A stretch of 64,000 nucleotides of DNA, from assembly GCA_964569795.1 (NCBI GenBank), contig CAZMVB010000001.1:195233-259232 (forward strand), given 5' to 3'. Of this stretch, positions 9,223 through 22,456 are shown in pieces. Within the stretch, counting starts at the first letter, position 1. Every line of letters starts with the position of its first letter. The DNA is from an uncultured Desulfarculales bacterium (GTDB lineage: Bacteria > Desulfobacterota > Desulfarculia > Desulfarculales > JAHJDS01). Made by a program: the position numbers and the translations under genes. The notes beneath the pieces were generated by a model. It had not been told where the DNA came from, made no database searches, and was given only the letters and a program-made list of their open reading frames with translations.

Positions 9223-11304
9223 CTATGACTCGGCCTCCTCCTGGGCCGCGGCGATGACCTTGTCCTGGAGGTGGGCCGGGACCTCCTCGTAGTGGTCCAG
9301 GTTCATGGTGAACGACCCCCGGCCCCCGGTCATGGAGGTCAGGTCCGGGGCGTACTGGAGGACCTCGGCCATGGGCACCTGGGCCCGGATGACCTGGTTC
9401 TTGCCCTTGGCGTCCACGCCCTGGACGCGGCCCCGCCGGGAGTTGAGGTCGCCCATGATGTCGCCGACGTTCTCCTCGGGCACGGTGATGGCCATGTCCA
9501 TGATCGGCTCGAGCAGGGTGGGCTGGCAGTCGGCCGCGCCCTTCTTGAAGCCGACCGACCCGGCGATCTTGAAGGCCAGTTCGGACGAATCCACCGGGTG
9601 GAAACCGCCGTCGAACAGGGTGACCCGGACGTCCACCACCGGGTAGCCGGCCAGGACCCCGACGGCCAGGGCCTCGGTGATGCCCTTTTCCACGGCCGGG
9701 ATGAAATTGCGGGGGATGGCCCCGCCGACGATCTTGTCCACGAACTCGAAGCCTTCGCCCCGGGGCAGGGGCTCGATCTCGATGGACACGTCGGCGAACT
9801 GGCCCCGGCCGCCGCTCTGTTTCTTGTGGCGGTTGGCGATGGAGGTTTTTTTCTTGATTGTCTCGAGATAGGGGACCTTGGGGGTCAGGAGTTCCACGTC
9901 CACGCCGAACTTGCGCTTGGCCTTTTCGATGGTCGCCTCGAGGTGGACCTGGCCCATGCCCGACAGCAGGATTTCCTTGGTCTGCTCGTCGCGGGTCAGG
10001 CGCAGGGTCGGGTCTTCCTCGGCGATGCGGGTGACGGCCGCGAAGACCTTTTCCTCCTCGCCCTTTTTCTTGGCGGCGATGGCAAAGGACATGATCGGCG
10101 GCAGGGGCTCGGGGGCGGTGAACAGGACCTTGGCCTTGTCCGCGGCCAGGGTGTCCCCGGTGACGGTCTCCTTGAGCTTGGGAATGGCCACCACCTCGCC
10201 CGGCCCGGCCGTCTTGACCGCCGTCTGATTCTTGCCCTCGACCCGGAGGATCTGCCCGAATTTTTCTCGAGCGTCCCGGGTGACGTTGTAGGCCCCGGCG
10301 TCGGCGTCCAGGGTCCCGCTGAAGACCCGGAGCAGTGACAGGCGGCCGGCGTAGGGGTCGGCCACGGTCTTGAACACCAGGGCGGTCAGGGGGGCGCTCT
10401 CGTCGGGGGCGACCTCGGTCGGCTCGCCCGAGGCCGCGTCCGCGGCCTGCCGGGGGCCGCGGTCCAGGGGCGAGGGCAGGACGTCGTTGATCAGGTCCAT
10501 GAGCGGCCCGATGCCCATGTTGTTCACGGCCGAACCGCAGATGACCGGCACGAAGATGCCCTCGAGAATTCCCTTTTTCAGGGCCCCGGCCAGTTCCTGG
10601 TCGGAAAGTTCCTCGCCCTCGAGGTATTTCTCGACCAGGGCGTCGTCGGCCTCGGCCAGGGTCTCGATCATGGACTCGCGGCGCTCGTCCACGGCGTCGG
10701 CCATGTCGGCCGGGACCTCGCCCCGGGTGACCTTGCCCGAGCCGTCGGCCGGGTAGGTCAGGGCCCGGCGGCCGAGCAGATCGACCACCCCGGTAAAGGA
10801 CTCGGCCGCGCCGATGGGCAGTTGGAGGGGCACCGGCCTGGTTTCCAGGGATTGCTCGATGTCCTTGAGGGCGGCCTCGAAGTCGGCCCGCTCCCGGTCC
10901 ATCTTGTTGATGAAGATCAGGCGCGGCAGTCCGAATTCCTCGGCAAAGGCCCAGGCCTTTTCGGTCTGGACCTTGACCTGGTCCACGGCGTCGATGACGA
11001 CCACGGCCGCGTCGGCCACCTGGGCGGCGGCCTTGGTGTCGGACATGAAGTTGTCGTCGCCCGGGGTGTCCATGATGAACACCCGGGTCTTCTTGTACTC
11101 GTAGTTGTGGAGGGACGTGGAGATCGAGGTGTGTCGCTTTATTTCCTCGGGCTCGAAGTCCATGGCCGTGTTGCCGTCATCGACCTTGCCCAGGCGGTCG
11201 ATGGCCTTGGCGTTGAACAGGACGGCCTCGCAGAGGGAAGTCTGGCCCGCGCCGGAGCCGGCCAGGAAAACGACACAGCGCGTCGCACCCACGTTGTCAC
11301 TCAT
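9223..11304 (-). CDS. Elongation factor G paralog with degenerate GTPase motifs
   Basis: Full EF-G domain architecture (G domain, II, III, IV, V). NKMD (G4) and GSA (G5) are present. G1 reads AGSGAGQTS instead of AHxDAGKTT, and G3 reads DTPGDDNF instead of DTPGHVDF. The ATG at 11304 was chosen (MSDNVGATRC). Confidence 0.9.
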   Translation of the reverse strand: MSDNVGATRCVVFLAGSGAGQTSLCEAVLFNAKAIDRLGKVDDGNTAMDFEPEEIKRHTSISTSLHNYEYKKTRVFIMDTPGDDNFMSDTKAAAQVADAAVVVIDAVDQVKVQTEKAWAFAEEFGLPRLIFINKMDRERADFEAALKDIEQSLETRPVPLQLPIGAAESFTGVVDLLGRRALTYPADGSGKVTRGEVPADMADAVDERRESMIETLAEADDALVEKYLEGEELSDQELAGALKKGILEGIFVPVICGSAVNNMGIGPLMDLINDVLPSPLDRGPRQAADAASGEPTEVAPDESAPLTALVFKTVADPYAGRLSLLRVFSGTLDADAGAYNVTRDAREKFGQILRVEGKNQTAVKTAGPGEVVAIPKLKETVTGDTLAADKAKVLFTAPEPLPPIMSFAIAAKKKGEEEKVFAAVTRIAEEDPTLRLTRDEQTKEILLSGMGQVHLEATIEKAKRKFGVDVELLTPKVPYLETIKKKTSIANRHKKQSGGRGQFADVSIEIEPLPRGEGFEFVDKIVGGAIPRNFIPAVEKGITEALAVGVLAGYPVVDVRVTLFDGGFHPVDSSELAFKIAGSVGFKKGAADCQPTLLEPIMDMAITVPEENVGDIMGDLNSRRGRVQGVDAKGKNQVIRAQVPMAEVLQYAPDLTSMTGGRGSFTMNLDHYEEVPAHLQDKVIAAAQEEAES

Positions 11305-11575
11305 GTGTTCACCCTTTTGGTCTGGAGCAGTGGAACCGGGTCCATGCTTGAGAATAATCTTGAATTTGTAGCCGGAAGGCCGAGTCAAGTCAAGAGTTTT
11401 TCCCGGTCAGTGGCGCGGATCGGTCCGGAATCGCGGCCCCGCCGGGGGCTTTTTTTATTGATTTGTTATTGAGCTGTGTTATGTATATACCTTCATCAAA
11501 ACGGGTCGGTCCGGGGACCAGAACGGCGCCCGGGGCCGGGTCGGGCCGATCCCGGATTGATGACGGGGAGAGGGT

Positions 11576-12508
11576 TTGGACTCGCTCTCGGACTGGATCG
11601 AGCGTTTTTTGTCACACCTCCGGGCGGTGGCCTCGGCCGCGGACAATACCCTGGTGGCCTATCGCCGCGATCTGGAGGATTTCGTCCGGTTCGCGGCCCA
11701 GGGCCGCGAAGGCCGGGCAATCGATCCCCGGGAGGTGGGACCGGCCGACATACGGGCCTGGCTGGGATCGCGGCCGGCGGCCAAGGCCAGCCGGGCCCGC
11801 CGTCTGGCGGCCCTGAGGTCATTTTTCCGGTACCTGGTCCGGCAGGGGGCCCTTACGGCCAATCCGGCCGCCCTGGTGGACGCTCCCCGGACGGACAAGA
11901 AGGCCCCGGCCTTCCTGACGGTGGACGAGATGTTCCACCTGCTCGAGACCCTGGACTCGGGCACGGTGTTGGGCCTGAGGGATCGGGCCCTGTTGGAGTT
12001 GCTGTATTCATCGGGGTTGCGGCGGGCCGAACTGTGCGGGTTGAACCTGGTGGACCTGGATTTGACCGCCAAGACGGTCCGGGTCCTGGGCAAGGGGGGC
12101 AAGGAGCGCCTGGTCCCGGTCGGGTCGCGGGCCGTGACAGCCGCCCGGGCCTATCTCGCCCGCCGCGGGGAGTTGCTGGCCGTCAAGACCGGCCGGCCCC
12201 AGGACCCCCGGGCCGTGTTCCTGAACCGGTTCGGCGGGCGGCTGACCGGGAGGAGCGTGGCCCGGATCCTGGACAAGACCATCCAGGCCTGCGCCCTGGC
12301 CCGGCGGGTCAGCCCCCACGCCCTGCGGCACAGTTTCGCCACCCACCTGTTGGGCGGCGGGGCGGACGTGAGGTCGATCCAGGAGATGCTGGGTCACGCC
12401 TCCCTGTCCACCACCCAGAAGTACACCCATCTGGGGATCGAGAAACTGATGGAGGTTTACGATCGGGCCCATCCCCGGGCCGGGGCCGGATCCAAAGAGG
12501 ACACATGA
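11576..12508 (+). CDS. xerC: Tyrosine recombinase XerC/XerD family
   Basis: The N-terminal SAM-like domain reads [27 protein letters not shown]. Catalytic motifs are [25 protein letters not shown] and [14 protein letters not shown]. The position upstream of hslVU is classic for xerC. Confidence 0.9.
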   Translation: MDSLSDWIERFLSHLRAVASAADNTLVAYRRDLEDFVRFAAQGREGRAIDPREVGPADIRAWLGSRPAAKASRARRLAALRSFFRYLVRQGALTANPAALVDAPRTDKKAPAFLTVDEMFHLLETLDSGTVLGLRDRALLELLYSSGLRRAELCGLNLVDLDLTAKTVRVLGKGGKERLVPVGSRAVTAARAYLARRGELLAVKTGRPQDPRAVFLNRFGGRLTGRSVARILDKTIQACALARRVSPHALRHSFATHLLGGGADVRSIQEMLGHASLSTTQKYTHLGIEKLMEVYDRAHPRAGAGSKEDT

Positions 12509-13034
12509 ACTTCAGGAGCACGACCATACTGACCGTCCGCCACCGGGACCAGGTGGTTCTGGCCGGGGACGGCCAGGTGACCATGGGCGAGACCATCGTC
12601 AAGGCCGGGGCCCGCAAGGTGCGGCGGATGTACCAGGGCAAGGTCCTGGCCGGTTTCGCCGGGGCCTCGGCCGACGCCATGACCCTGTTCGACCGGCTCG
12701 AGGGCAAGCTGGACCAGTACAAGGGCAACCTGACCCGGGCCGCGGTCGAACTGGCCAAGGACTGGCGCACGGACAAGATCCTGCGGCGGCTGGAGGCCCT
12801 GCTGCTGGCCGTGGACCGGGACCACACCCTGATCATCTCGGGGACCGGCGACGTCATCGAGCCGGACCTGGGTGTGGCCGCCATCGGCTCGGGCGGACCC
12901 TACGCCCTGGCCGCGGCCCGGGCCCTGATGGAGCATTCCGACCTGGACGCGGAGCGGATCGCGCGGGAGGCCATGGCCATCACCGCCGACATCTGCATCT
13001 ACACCAACGACCAGGTCGCGATAGAGGTATTGTA

Positions 13035-13035
<1 letters not shown>
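12505..13035 (+). CDS. hslV: ATP-dependent protease subunit HslV
   Basis: [22 protein letters not shown]...[13 protein letters not shown]...[14 protein letters not shown]. The ATG overlaps the xerC stop (ATGA). The long N-terminal extension in the track ORF (from 11476) is an out-of-frame overlap with xerC and was rejected. Confidence 0.95.
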
Positions 13036-15342
<2,307 letters not shown>

Positions 15343-15348
15343 GCATAA

Positions 15349-16527
15349 GTGAGCGAGACCATGGCCCGGATCGACAAGGTGGTCATGCAGACCTACGGCC
15401 GGAGCCCGGTGGTGCTGGTTGCGGGCGAGGGTTGCCTGGTCTGGGACGAGGACGGCCGCGAGTATCTCGACTTCGTGGCCGGGATAGCCGTCTGCGCCCT
15501 GGGCCACGCCCATCCCAAGCTGGTGGCGGCGGTCTGCGAGCAGATGGGACGGCTGACCCACGTCAGCAACCTGTACTACACCGAGCCCCAGCTCCGGGTG
15601 GCCGAAAAGCTGGTCGCCAACTCGTTCGGGGACCGGGTGTTTTTCTGCAACTCGGGGGCCGAGGCCAACGAGGGGGCCATCAAGCTGGCCCGGGCCTATG
15701 CCAAGCACACGGGCCGCCCCGGGGCCTATCACGTCATCTGCGCCGAGAAGTCCTTTCACGGCCGGACCCTGGCCACCCTGACCGCCACCGGTCAGGACAA
15801 GGTCAAGAAGGGGTTCGAGCCGGTGGTGGACGGTTTTCGGCACGTGCCCTACGGCGATCTGGCGGCCATGGACCAGGCGATGGACGACGCCGTGGCCGCG
15901 GTCCTGGTCGAGCCGGTGCTGGGCGAGGGCGGGGTGATCGTCCCGCCGGACGACTACCTGCCCGGGCTGCGCCAGATGTGCGATGAGCGCGGGGCCCTGC
16001 TCATGTTCGACGAGATCCAGACCGGCCTGGGCCGGACGGGCAGGCTCTGGGGACACGAGCACTGGCCCGTGAAGCCGGACGTGATGACCCTGGCCAAGGG
16101 CCTGGCCGGCGGACTGCCCATGGGGGCCGTGGTGGCCACCGAGGCGGCGGCCGCGGCTCTTTCGCCCGGCATGCACGCCACCACCTTCGGCGCCGGACCG
16201 GTGGTCTGCGCCGCGGCGGCGGTGGTCCTGGAGGAGCTGATCGACCACGGCCTCACGGCCCACGCCGCGGACATGGGGCAACACCTGCGCCGGGGCCTCG
16301 AGGGGCTCAAGGAGCGTCATCCGGATCGGATCAAGGCCGTCCGGGGCCTGGGTCTGCTGGCCGCGGTCGAACTGGACGGACCCGGGGCCGAGGTGGTCCA
16401 GGCCCTGCTGGGCCGGGGTTTTCTGGTCAACTGCATCCAGGACAACGTCCTGCGGTTCATGCCGCCCCTGGTGGTCGAGCCGGACCAGCTCGAGGCCGTG
16501 ATCCAGGCGGTGGACGACGAGCTATGA
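15349..16527 (+). CDS. argD: Acetylornithine aminotransferase
   Basis: Class III aminotransferase: FCNSGAEANEGAIKLAR, LLMFDEIQTGLGRTG, and the PLP-Lys context DVMTLAKGLAGG. GTG start. Confidence 0.9.
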   Translation: MSETMARIDKVVMQTYGRSPVVLVAGEGCLVWDEDGREYLDFVAGIAVCALGHAHPKLVAAVCEQMGRLTHVSNLYYTEPQLRVAEKLVANSFGDRVFFCNSGAEANEGAIKLARAYAKHTGRPGAYHVICAEKSFHGRTLATLTATGQDKVKKGFEPVVDGFRHVPYGDLAAMDQAMDDAVAAVLVEPVLGEGGVIVPPDDYLPGLRQMCDERGALLMFDEIQTGLGRTGRLWGHEHWPVKPDVMTLAKGLAGGLPMGAVVATEAAAAALSPGMHATTFGAGPVVCAAAAVVLEELIDHGLTAHAADMGQHLRRGLEGLKERHPDRIKAVRGLGLLAAVELDGPGAEVVQALLGRGFLVNCIQDNVLRFMPPLVVEPDQLEAVIQAVDDEL

Positions 16528-17450
16528 CCAAGGACCTGCTCCAAATCATGGACCTCTCCCGGGAGGACGTCCAGGCGATCATGGGCCGGACCCGGGAACT
16601 CAAGGACCTGCGCCTGTCCGGCGTGCCCCACCGGAGTTTATTGGGCAAAACCGTCGGCCTGCTGTTCGACAAGCCGTCCACCCGGACCCGGGCCTCGTTC
16701 GAGGCCGGGATGTACCAGCTCGGCGGCCAGGTCATCTTTCTGCCGGGCCGGGACACCCAGCTCTCGCGGGACGAGCCCCTGGGCGACACCGCCCGGGTCC
16801 TGTCGCGCTACCTGGACGGCCTGGTGATCCGGACCTTCGGACACGAGGTCATCGTCGAGCTGGCCGCGGCGGCCACCGTGCCGGTGATCAACGCCCTGAC
16901 CGATTCGTTTCACCCCTGCCAGGTCCTGTCCGACCTGTTCACCGTGCTCGAGGTCAAGGGCCGGGTCGAGGGCCTCAAGTACGCCTGGGTGGGCGACGGC
17001 AACAACATGGCCAACTCCTGGATCAATGCCGCGACCCTGCTGGGCCTGAACCTGGTCCTGGCCTGTCCCGAGGCGTTTCAGCCGGACGGGGCGGTCCTGA
17101 CGCGGGCCCGAGAGCGGGGGGCCAGGGTCAAGGTGGTGATCGACCCGCGGGAGGCCGCGAGTGGGGCGGACGTGGTGTCCACCGACGTCTGGGCCTCCAT
17201 GGGCCAGGAGGCCGAGGCCGAGGAGCGCCGCCGGGCCTTTTCCGACTTCACCGTCAGCGCCGAGCTCCTGGCCGGGGCCCACCCCGAGGCGATCGTCATG
17301 CACTGCCTGCCCGCCCACCGGGGCGAGGAGATCACCGAGGAGGTCCTGATGGGTCCCCGGTCGGTGGTCTTCGACCAGGCTGAAAACAAGATGCACGTCC
17401 AGAAGGCCATCCTCGATCTGTGGCTGGGCAACGGGACCGGAGGTCGATGA
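16524..17450 (+). CDS. argF: Ornithine carbamoyltransferase
   Basis: [21 protein letters not shown] and [10 protein letters not shown] motifs. There is a 4-nt overlap with argD. Confidence 0.95.
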   Translation: MTKDLLQIMDLSREDVQAIMGRTRELKDLRLSGVPHRSLLGKTVGLLFDKPSTRTRASFEAGMYQLGGQVIFLPGRDTQLSRDEPLGDTARVLSRYLDGLVIRTFGHEVIVELAAAATVPVINALTDSFHPCQVLSDLFTVLEVKGRVEGLKYAWVGDGNNMANSWINAATLLGLNLVLACPEAFQPDGAVLTRARERGARVKVVIDPREAASGADVVSTDVWASMGQEAEAEERRRAFSDFTVSAELLAGAHPEAIVMHCLPAHRGEEITEEVLMGPRSVVFDQAENKMHVQKAILDLWLGNGTGGR

Positions 17451-18658
17451 TGAACAAGATCGTGCTGGCCTACTCCGGGGGACTGGACACCTCGGTCATC
17501 CTGAAGTGGCTGATCGAGACCTATCAGACCGAGGTCATCGCCTTTGCCGCCGACCTAGGGCAGGGCGAGGAGCTGGGCGGCGTCGAGGCCAAGGCCCTGG
17601 CCACGGGCGCGTCCAAGGTCTTCATCGACGACCGGCGCGACGAGTTCGTCCGGGACTACGTCTTCCCGGCCTTCCGCGGTGCGGCCGTTTACGAGGGGAC
17701 GTACCTGCTGGGCACCTCCCTGGCCCGGCCGCTCATCGCCCAGCGGCAGGTCGAGATCGCCGAGGCCGAAGGGGCCGAGGCGGTCAGTCACGGGGCCACG
17801 GGCAAGGGCAACGACCAGGTCCGCTTCGAGCTGGCCTTTCAGGCCCTGGCCCCCCACCTCAAGATCATCGCCCCCTGGCGGGAATGGAAATTAAATTCCC
17901 GGGAGTCCCTGATCGCCTATGCCCAAAAAAACGGCATCCCGGTCCCGGTGACCAAGGCCAAGCCCTACAGCTCGGACCGCAACCTGCTCCACATCTCCTT
18001 CGAGGGCGGCATTCTGGAGGACCCCTGGGCCGAGCCGCCCGAGGACATGTACGTCCTGAGCGTCTCGCCCGAAAAGGCGCCCGACCGGCCGACCTATGTC
18101 GAGCTTGAATTTGACAGAGGGACGCTTACAGGCCTCGATGGACAGACAATGGGACCGGCGGCGCTGTTGGGCCGGCTGAACGATCTTGGCGGTCAGAACG
18201 GCATCGGCCGGGTGGACATGGTCGAGAACCGTTACGTGGGCATGAAGAGCCGGGGGGTCTATGAGACCCCGGGCGGGACCATCCTCCGGACGGCCCTTCG
18301 GGCGCTCGAGTCGATCACCATGGACCGGGAGGTGATGCACCTCCGCGACTCGCTGGTGCCCCGCTACGCCGAGATGCTCTATTACGGCTACTGGTTCTCG
18401 CCCGAGCGGGAACTGCTTCAACAGTTCATGGACCAGGCCCAGGCCCGGACCACGGGCCTGGCCCGGCTCAAGCTCTACAAGGGCAACTGCGACGTGGTCG
18501 GCCGCAAATCGGAACAATCGCTCTACGACGACAGCTTCGCCACCTTCGAGGCGGACACGGTCTATGACCAGGCCGACGCCACCGGGTTCATCCGGCTGAG
18601 CGGCCTGCGACTGAAGATCAGGCGGCTCCTTGAACTTCAGCAAAAGGCAAGGGACTGA
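17447..18658 (+). CDS. argG: Argininosuccinate synthase
   Basis: [30 protein letters not shown] and [14 protein letters not shown]. The start overlaps the argF stop; an alternative ATG is at 17450. Confidence 0.95.
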   Translation: MMNKIVLAYSGGLDTSVILKWLIETYQTEVIAFAADLGQGEELGGVEAKALATGASKVFIDDRRDEFVRDYVFPAFRGAAVYEGTYLLGTSLARPLIAQRQVEIAEAEGAEAVSHGATGKGNDQVRFELAFQALAPHLKIIAPWREWKLNSRESLIAYAQKNGIPVPVTKAKPYSSDRNLLHISFEGGILEDPWAEPPEDMYVLSVSPEKAPDRPTYVELEFDRGTLTGLDGQTMGPAALLGRLNDLGGQNGIGRVDMVENRYVGMKSRGVYETPGGTILRTALRALESITMDREVMHLRDSLVPRYAEMLYYGYWFSPERELLQQFMDQAQARTTGLARLKLYKGNCDVVGRKSEQSLYDDSFATFEADTVYDQADATGFIRLSGLRLKIRRLLELQQKARD

Positions 18659-20047
18659 ATGAGCGACGACCCTCAAAAACCCTGGGGCGGGCGGTTTTCC
18701 GAGAAGACGGCCGAGGTGGTTGACGCCTTCAACCAGTCGGTCAGCTTTGACCAGCGCCTGGCCGTGTACGACATCGAGGGCTCCCTGGCCCACGCCCGGA
18801 TGCTCGAGTCCAAGGGGCTCTTGAGCGCGGACGAGCTGGCGGCCGTGGAGTCCGGCCTGGCCGGCATCCTGGACGAGATCCGGTCCAACGCCTTTGACTG
18901 GGACGAGGCCCTGGAAGACGTCCACATGAACATCGAGGCCCGGCTCACCGAGCGGATCGGCGATCCGGCCAAGAAACTCCACACCGGCCGGAGCCGAAAC
19001 GATCAGGTGGCCCTGGACTTCCGGATGTACGTCCGGGACCATCTGGACCGGATCCGGGGTTTCCTGTACGATCTGAGGCGGGTCCTGGCGACCCGGGCCC
19101 GGGAGCTTTTCGGGGTGATCATGCCCGGCTACACCCACCTCCAGCGGGCCCAGCCGGTGCTCCTGTCCCATCACCTGCTGGCCTACGAGGCCATGCTCGA
19201 GCGCGACGATTCGCGGCTGCGGGACTGCCGGGTCCGGGTCAACGTCTCGCCCCTGGGGGCCGGGGCCCTGGCCGGCTCCGGGTTCGAGCTGGACCCGGGC
19301 CGGGTGGCCGAGGACCTGGGCTTTGACGCCGCCTTCATGAACAGCCTGGACGCGGTCAGCGACCGGGACTTCGCCGTCGAGTTCACGGCCGCCCTGGCCC
19401 TGATCATGGTCCACCTGTCCCGGATGAGCGAGGAGCTGGTCCTGTGGGCCTCGGCCGAGTTCGGGTTCATCACCCTGCCCGACGCCTTTGCCACCGGCAG
19501 CTCGATCATGCCCCAGAAGAAGAACCCGGACGTCCCCGAACTGATCCGGGGCAAGGCCGGCCGGGTCTTCGGCGACCTGACGGCCCTGCTGACCATCCTC
19601 AAGGGCCTGCCCCTGGCCTACAACAAGGACCTCCAGGAGGACAAGGAGGCCGTGTTCGACGCCGTGGAGACCGTCGAGAAATGCCTGACCGTCCTGGGCC
19701 CGATGCTCGAGGTCGTGACCTTTGACGCCGACCGGATGCGGGCCGCCGCCGACGAGGGGCACCTCACGGCCACCGATCTGGCGGATTACCTGGTCGAGAA
19801 GGGCGTCCCTTTCCGGGAGGCCCACGAGGTGGTCGGTCGGGCCGTGGCCCTGGCCGAACAAAAGGGATGCGCCCTGGCCGACCTGGACCTGGCGGCCCTG
19901 TCGCCGCACATCACCGGCGAGGTGCGCGAGGTGTTGCGGGTCGAGGCCTCGGTGGCCCGGCGGCGATTGCCGGGCGGGACGGCCCCGGATCGGGTGCGCC
20001 AGCAACTGGAGGCGGTGGAGAAGAGGTTATGGCCCGAAAGGCGTTGA
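18659..20047 (+). CDS. argH: Argininosuccinate lyase
   Basis: WGGRFSE..., [10 protein letters not shown], and the signature [12 protein letters not shown]. Confidence 0.95.
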   Translation: MSDDPQKPWGGRFSEKTAEVVDAFNQSVSFDQRLAVYDIEGSLAHARMLESKGLLSADELAAVESGLAGILDEIRSNAFDWDEALEDVHMNIEARLTERIGDPAKKLHTGRSRNDQVALDFRMYVRDHLDRIRGFLYDLRRVLATRARELFGVIMPGYTHLQRAQPVLLSHHLLAYEAMLERDDSRLRDCRVRVNVSPLGAGALAGSGFELDPGRVAEDLGFDAAFMNSLDAVSDRDFAVEFTAALALIMVHLSRMSEELVLWASAEFGFITLPDAFATGSSIMPQKKNPDVPELIRGKAGRVFGDLTALLTILKGLPLAYNKDLQEDKEAVFDAVETVEKCLTVLGPMLEVVTFDADRMRAAADEGHLTATDLADYLVEKGVPFREAHEVVGRAVALAEQKGCALADLDLAALSPHITGEVREVLRVEASVARRRLPGGTAPDRVRQQLEAVEKRLWPERR

Positions 20048-21168
20048 TCCTGGTCAGCGGCCTGGTGTTCGCCCTGGGGTGCGGCCTGAAGACGCGTCCC
20101 GTTCCGCCCACGCCCCATAATCCCCGGGTGCCGGCGCCGATCCGCTTCGAGCTGGTCCGGGGCGGGGTCCGGTTCCAGTGGACCCGGGCGCCGGGTTACG
20201 ACTCCGGACTCGTGGACAGGGAGGGTCGGGCCATTCGGCACTATTACCGGGGATTCTGGGTGCTGCGGGCCAAGGTCAAGCTGACCCCGGACGACTGCGA
20301 GCGCTGCCCGGTGCGCTACACCCGGACCATTTTTGTCCGCCAGCCGCTGACGCGTAAGGGCCGGCCCCAGGCGCCGGTGGTCACCTGGATCGACCGGGAC
20401 CTGGAGCCGGGGTATCGCTACGCCTACGTCATCCGGGCCACCCTGGACAACTCCCGGAGCTGGATCGACCGGTTCCGGCTGAGCGCGCCCGACGTCCAGA
20501 TCTACTACGGCCAGTACCCGGCCCCGCCCCGGGGGGTGAAGGTCACCTCGGTCGGACCGGGGTACCTGCTGGTCACCTGGGCCCCGCCGCCCGGGCTGCT
20601 GAGCGGCCGCCCCTGGCCGGGGATCATGGGTTACTACCTCTTTCGGCGGGGAGAACGGGGAGGTGCCGCCCGGCTCAACCAGCGGCCGATCACCGACCGC
20701 CGCTTCCTGGACCGCCGGGTCGTCCTGGGCCAAAGGTACCAATATTTTGTCAAGGCCGTCCGGCTGTGGCGGGGCAAGCTGCTGACCGGCGCGCCGTCGC
20801 TGCCGGGCGGCGTGGTCTCCCAGCGGCGGGTCGCCCTGACGGCGCCGCGGAACCTGGCGGCCCACTCCCTGCCCCAGGGCATCGAATTGCGCTGGAGCCC
20901 CAATCCCGAACCGGACGTGGCCGGCTACTTCATCTACCGCCGCCAGGGACGGTTCCAGGTGCCCACCGGCCAGGTCACGGCCGAGCCGCCCATCACCTGG
21001 GGGCCCTGGCGTCAGTTGAACCGGACCCCCGAGCCCCAGGCCTTCCTGGTGGACACCCGCGTCAAGAAGGGGGTCCCTTACGAATACCGCCTCCGGGCGG
21101 TGGACCGGTCCCGGCCGCCCAAGCTCAGCCCCTATACCCGGGCGGTCAAGATCGTTTTCGAACCATGA
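20029..21168 (+). CDS. Lipoprotein with three fibronectin-III-like modules
   Basis: The ATG at 20029 gives [19 protein letters not shown] (lipobox). Three repeats each end in the pattern YxYxV(R/K)A(V/T): YRYAYVIRAT, YQYFVKAV, YEYRLRAV. It overlaps the argH 3' end by 19 nt. Confidence 0.65.
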   Translation: MARKALILVSGLVFALGCGLKTRPVPPTPHNPRVPAPIRFELVRGGVRFQWTRAPGYDSGLVDREGRAIRHYYRGFWVLRAKVKLTPDDCERCPVRYTRTIFVRQPLTRKGRPQAPVVTWIDRDLEPGYRYAYVIRATLDNSRSWIDRFRLSAPDVQIYYGQYPAPPRGVKVTSVGPGYLLVTWAPPPGLLSGRPWPGIMGYYLFRRGERGGAARLNQRPITDRRFLDRRVVLGQRYQYFVKAVRLWRGKLLTGAPSLPGGVVSQRRVALTAPRNLAAHSLPQGIELRWSPNPEPDVAGYFIYRRQGRFQVPTGQVTAEPPITWGPWRQLNRTPEPQAFLVDTRVKKGVPYEYRLRAVDRSRPPKLSPYTRAVKIVFEP

Positions 21169-21184
21169 CGGACGCGCAGGGCCG

Positions 21185-22456
21185 ATGAACCACTTTCAGT
21201 ACCGAGACGGCGTTCTCCACGCCGAGGACGTGCCCCTGACCCGGCTGGCCGACGAGGTGGGCACGCCCCTGTACGTTTACAGCGCCGCCACGTTGAAGCG
21301 GCACTTCCTGGCCTTTGAGGAGGCCTTTGCCGGGCTGGACCATCTGGTCTGCTATTCGGTCAAGGCCAACTCGAACCTGGGGGTCCTGAACCTGCTGGCC
21401 TCGCTGGGGGCGGGCATGGACATCGTCTCGGGCGGCGAGCTGCACCGGGCCCTGTCCGCCGGGGCCGACCCGGGCCGGATCGTCTTCTCCGGGGTGGGCA
21501 AGCAGCGCTGGGAACTGTCCATGGCCCTCGAGGCGGGCATCCTGATGTTCAACGTCGAGTCCGTTCAGGAGCTCGACCTGCTCGACCAGACGGCCCGCGG
21601 CATGCAGAGACGGGCCCCGGCGGCCATCCGGGTCAACCCGGACGTGGACCCGGGGACCCACCCCTACATCGCGACCGGCCTCCGCAAGAGCAAGTTCGGC
21701 CTGCCCATGGAGGCCGCCTGGGACCAGTATCGCCGGGCGGCCGATATGCCCGGGATCGAGATCCGCGGGGTGTCCTGCCACATCGGCTCCCAGTTGACCG
21801 ACATCTCGCCCTTTGGGGACGCCTTGAAGCGCATGCTGGACCTGATCGAGCGGCTGCGCGGGGCCGGGCTGAACATCGACTACCTGGACCTGGGCGGCGG
21901 ACTGGGCATCACCTATGACCAGGAGGAGCCGCCCCATCCGGTCGAGTACGGTCAGGTCATCTCACCGGAAGTCAAGGACACCGGCCTGACCCTGATCCTC
22001 GAGCCGGGCCGGGTCATCGCCGGCAACGCCGGTATCCTGCTCAGCCGGGTGATCTACACCAAGCAGGGCGAGGCCAAGGACTTCGTGGTCGTGGACGGGG
22101 GCATGAACGACCTGATCCGGCCCAGCCTCTACTCGGCCTATCACCAGATCAACCCGGTCGTCGCCACCGAGGGCCCGACCAGCCCCAAGGACATCGTCGG
22201 GCCCATCTGCGAGAGCGGCGATTTCCTGGCCCAGGACCGGCCCCTGGCCGATTTGGCGCCGGGCGACCTGATCGCCGTCATGAGCGCCGGGGCCTACGGG
22301 TTCGTCATGGCCAGCAACTACAACTCCCGGGGCCGGCCGGCCGAGGTCCTGGTCAGCGGCGCCGACTACCATGTCGTGCGGACCCGGGAGAGAATCACCG
22401 ATCTGATCCGGGGCGAGACCGTGCCCGCCGAGTTCATCCAGAGGGCGATCACATGA
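21185..22456 (+). CDS. lysA: Diaminopimelate decarboxylase
   Basis: YSVKANSNLGVL (PLP Lys), HIGSQ, GGGLGI and GPICESGD motifs. Confidence 0.95.
   Translation: MNHFQYRDGVLHAEDVPLTRLADEVGTPLYVYSAATLKRHFLAFEEAFAGLDHLVCYSVKANSNLGVLNLLASLGAGMDIVSGGELHRALSAGADPGRIVFSGVGKQRWELSMALEAGILMFNVESVQELDLLDQTARGMQRRAPAAIRVNPDVDPGTHPYIATGLRKSKFGLPMEAAWDQYRRAADMPGIEIRGVSCHIGSQLTDISPFGDALKRMLDLIERLRGAGLNIDYLDLGGGLGITYDQEEPPHPVEYGQVISPEVKDTGLTLILEPGRVIAGNAGILLSRVIYTKQGEAKDFVVVDGGMNDLIRPSLYSAYHQINPVVATEGPTSPKDIVGPICESGDFLAQDRPLADLAPGDLIAVMSAGAYGFVMASNYNSRGRPAEVLVSGADYHVVRTRERITDLIRGETVPAEFIQRAIT

Noticed and set aside
11476-12504. Long N-terminal extension of the HslV reading frame (519-aa ORF)
   Set aside because: The extension overlaps xerC out of frame and is Gly/Pro/Arg-rich. 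HslV homology starts at the ATG at 12505, which overlaps the xerC stop.
17891-20005. 704-aa minus-strand ORF opposite argG/argH; also similar ORFs at 12999-14357, 15088-16320, 33182-34954, 34987-36345, 39280-41175 and 62555-63703
   Set aside because: All are antisense to recognised genes and low-complexity. They are high-GC frame artefacts.
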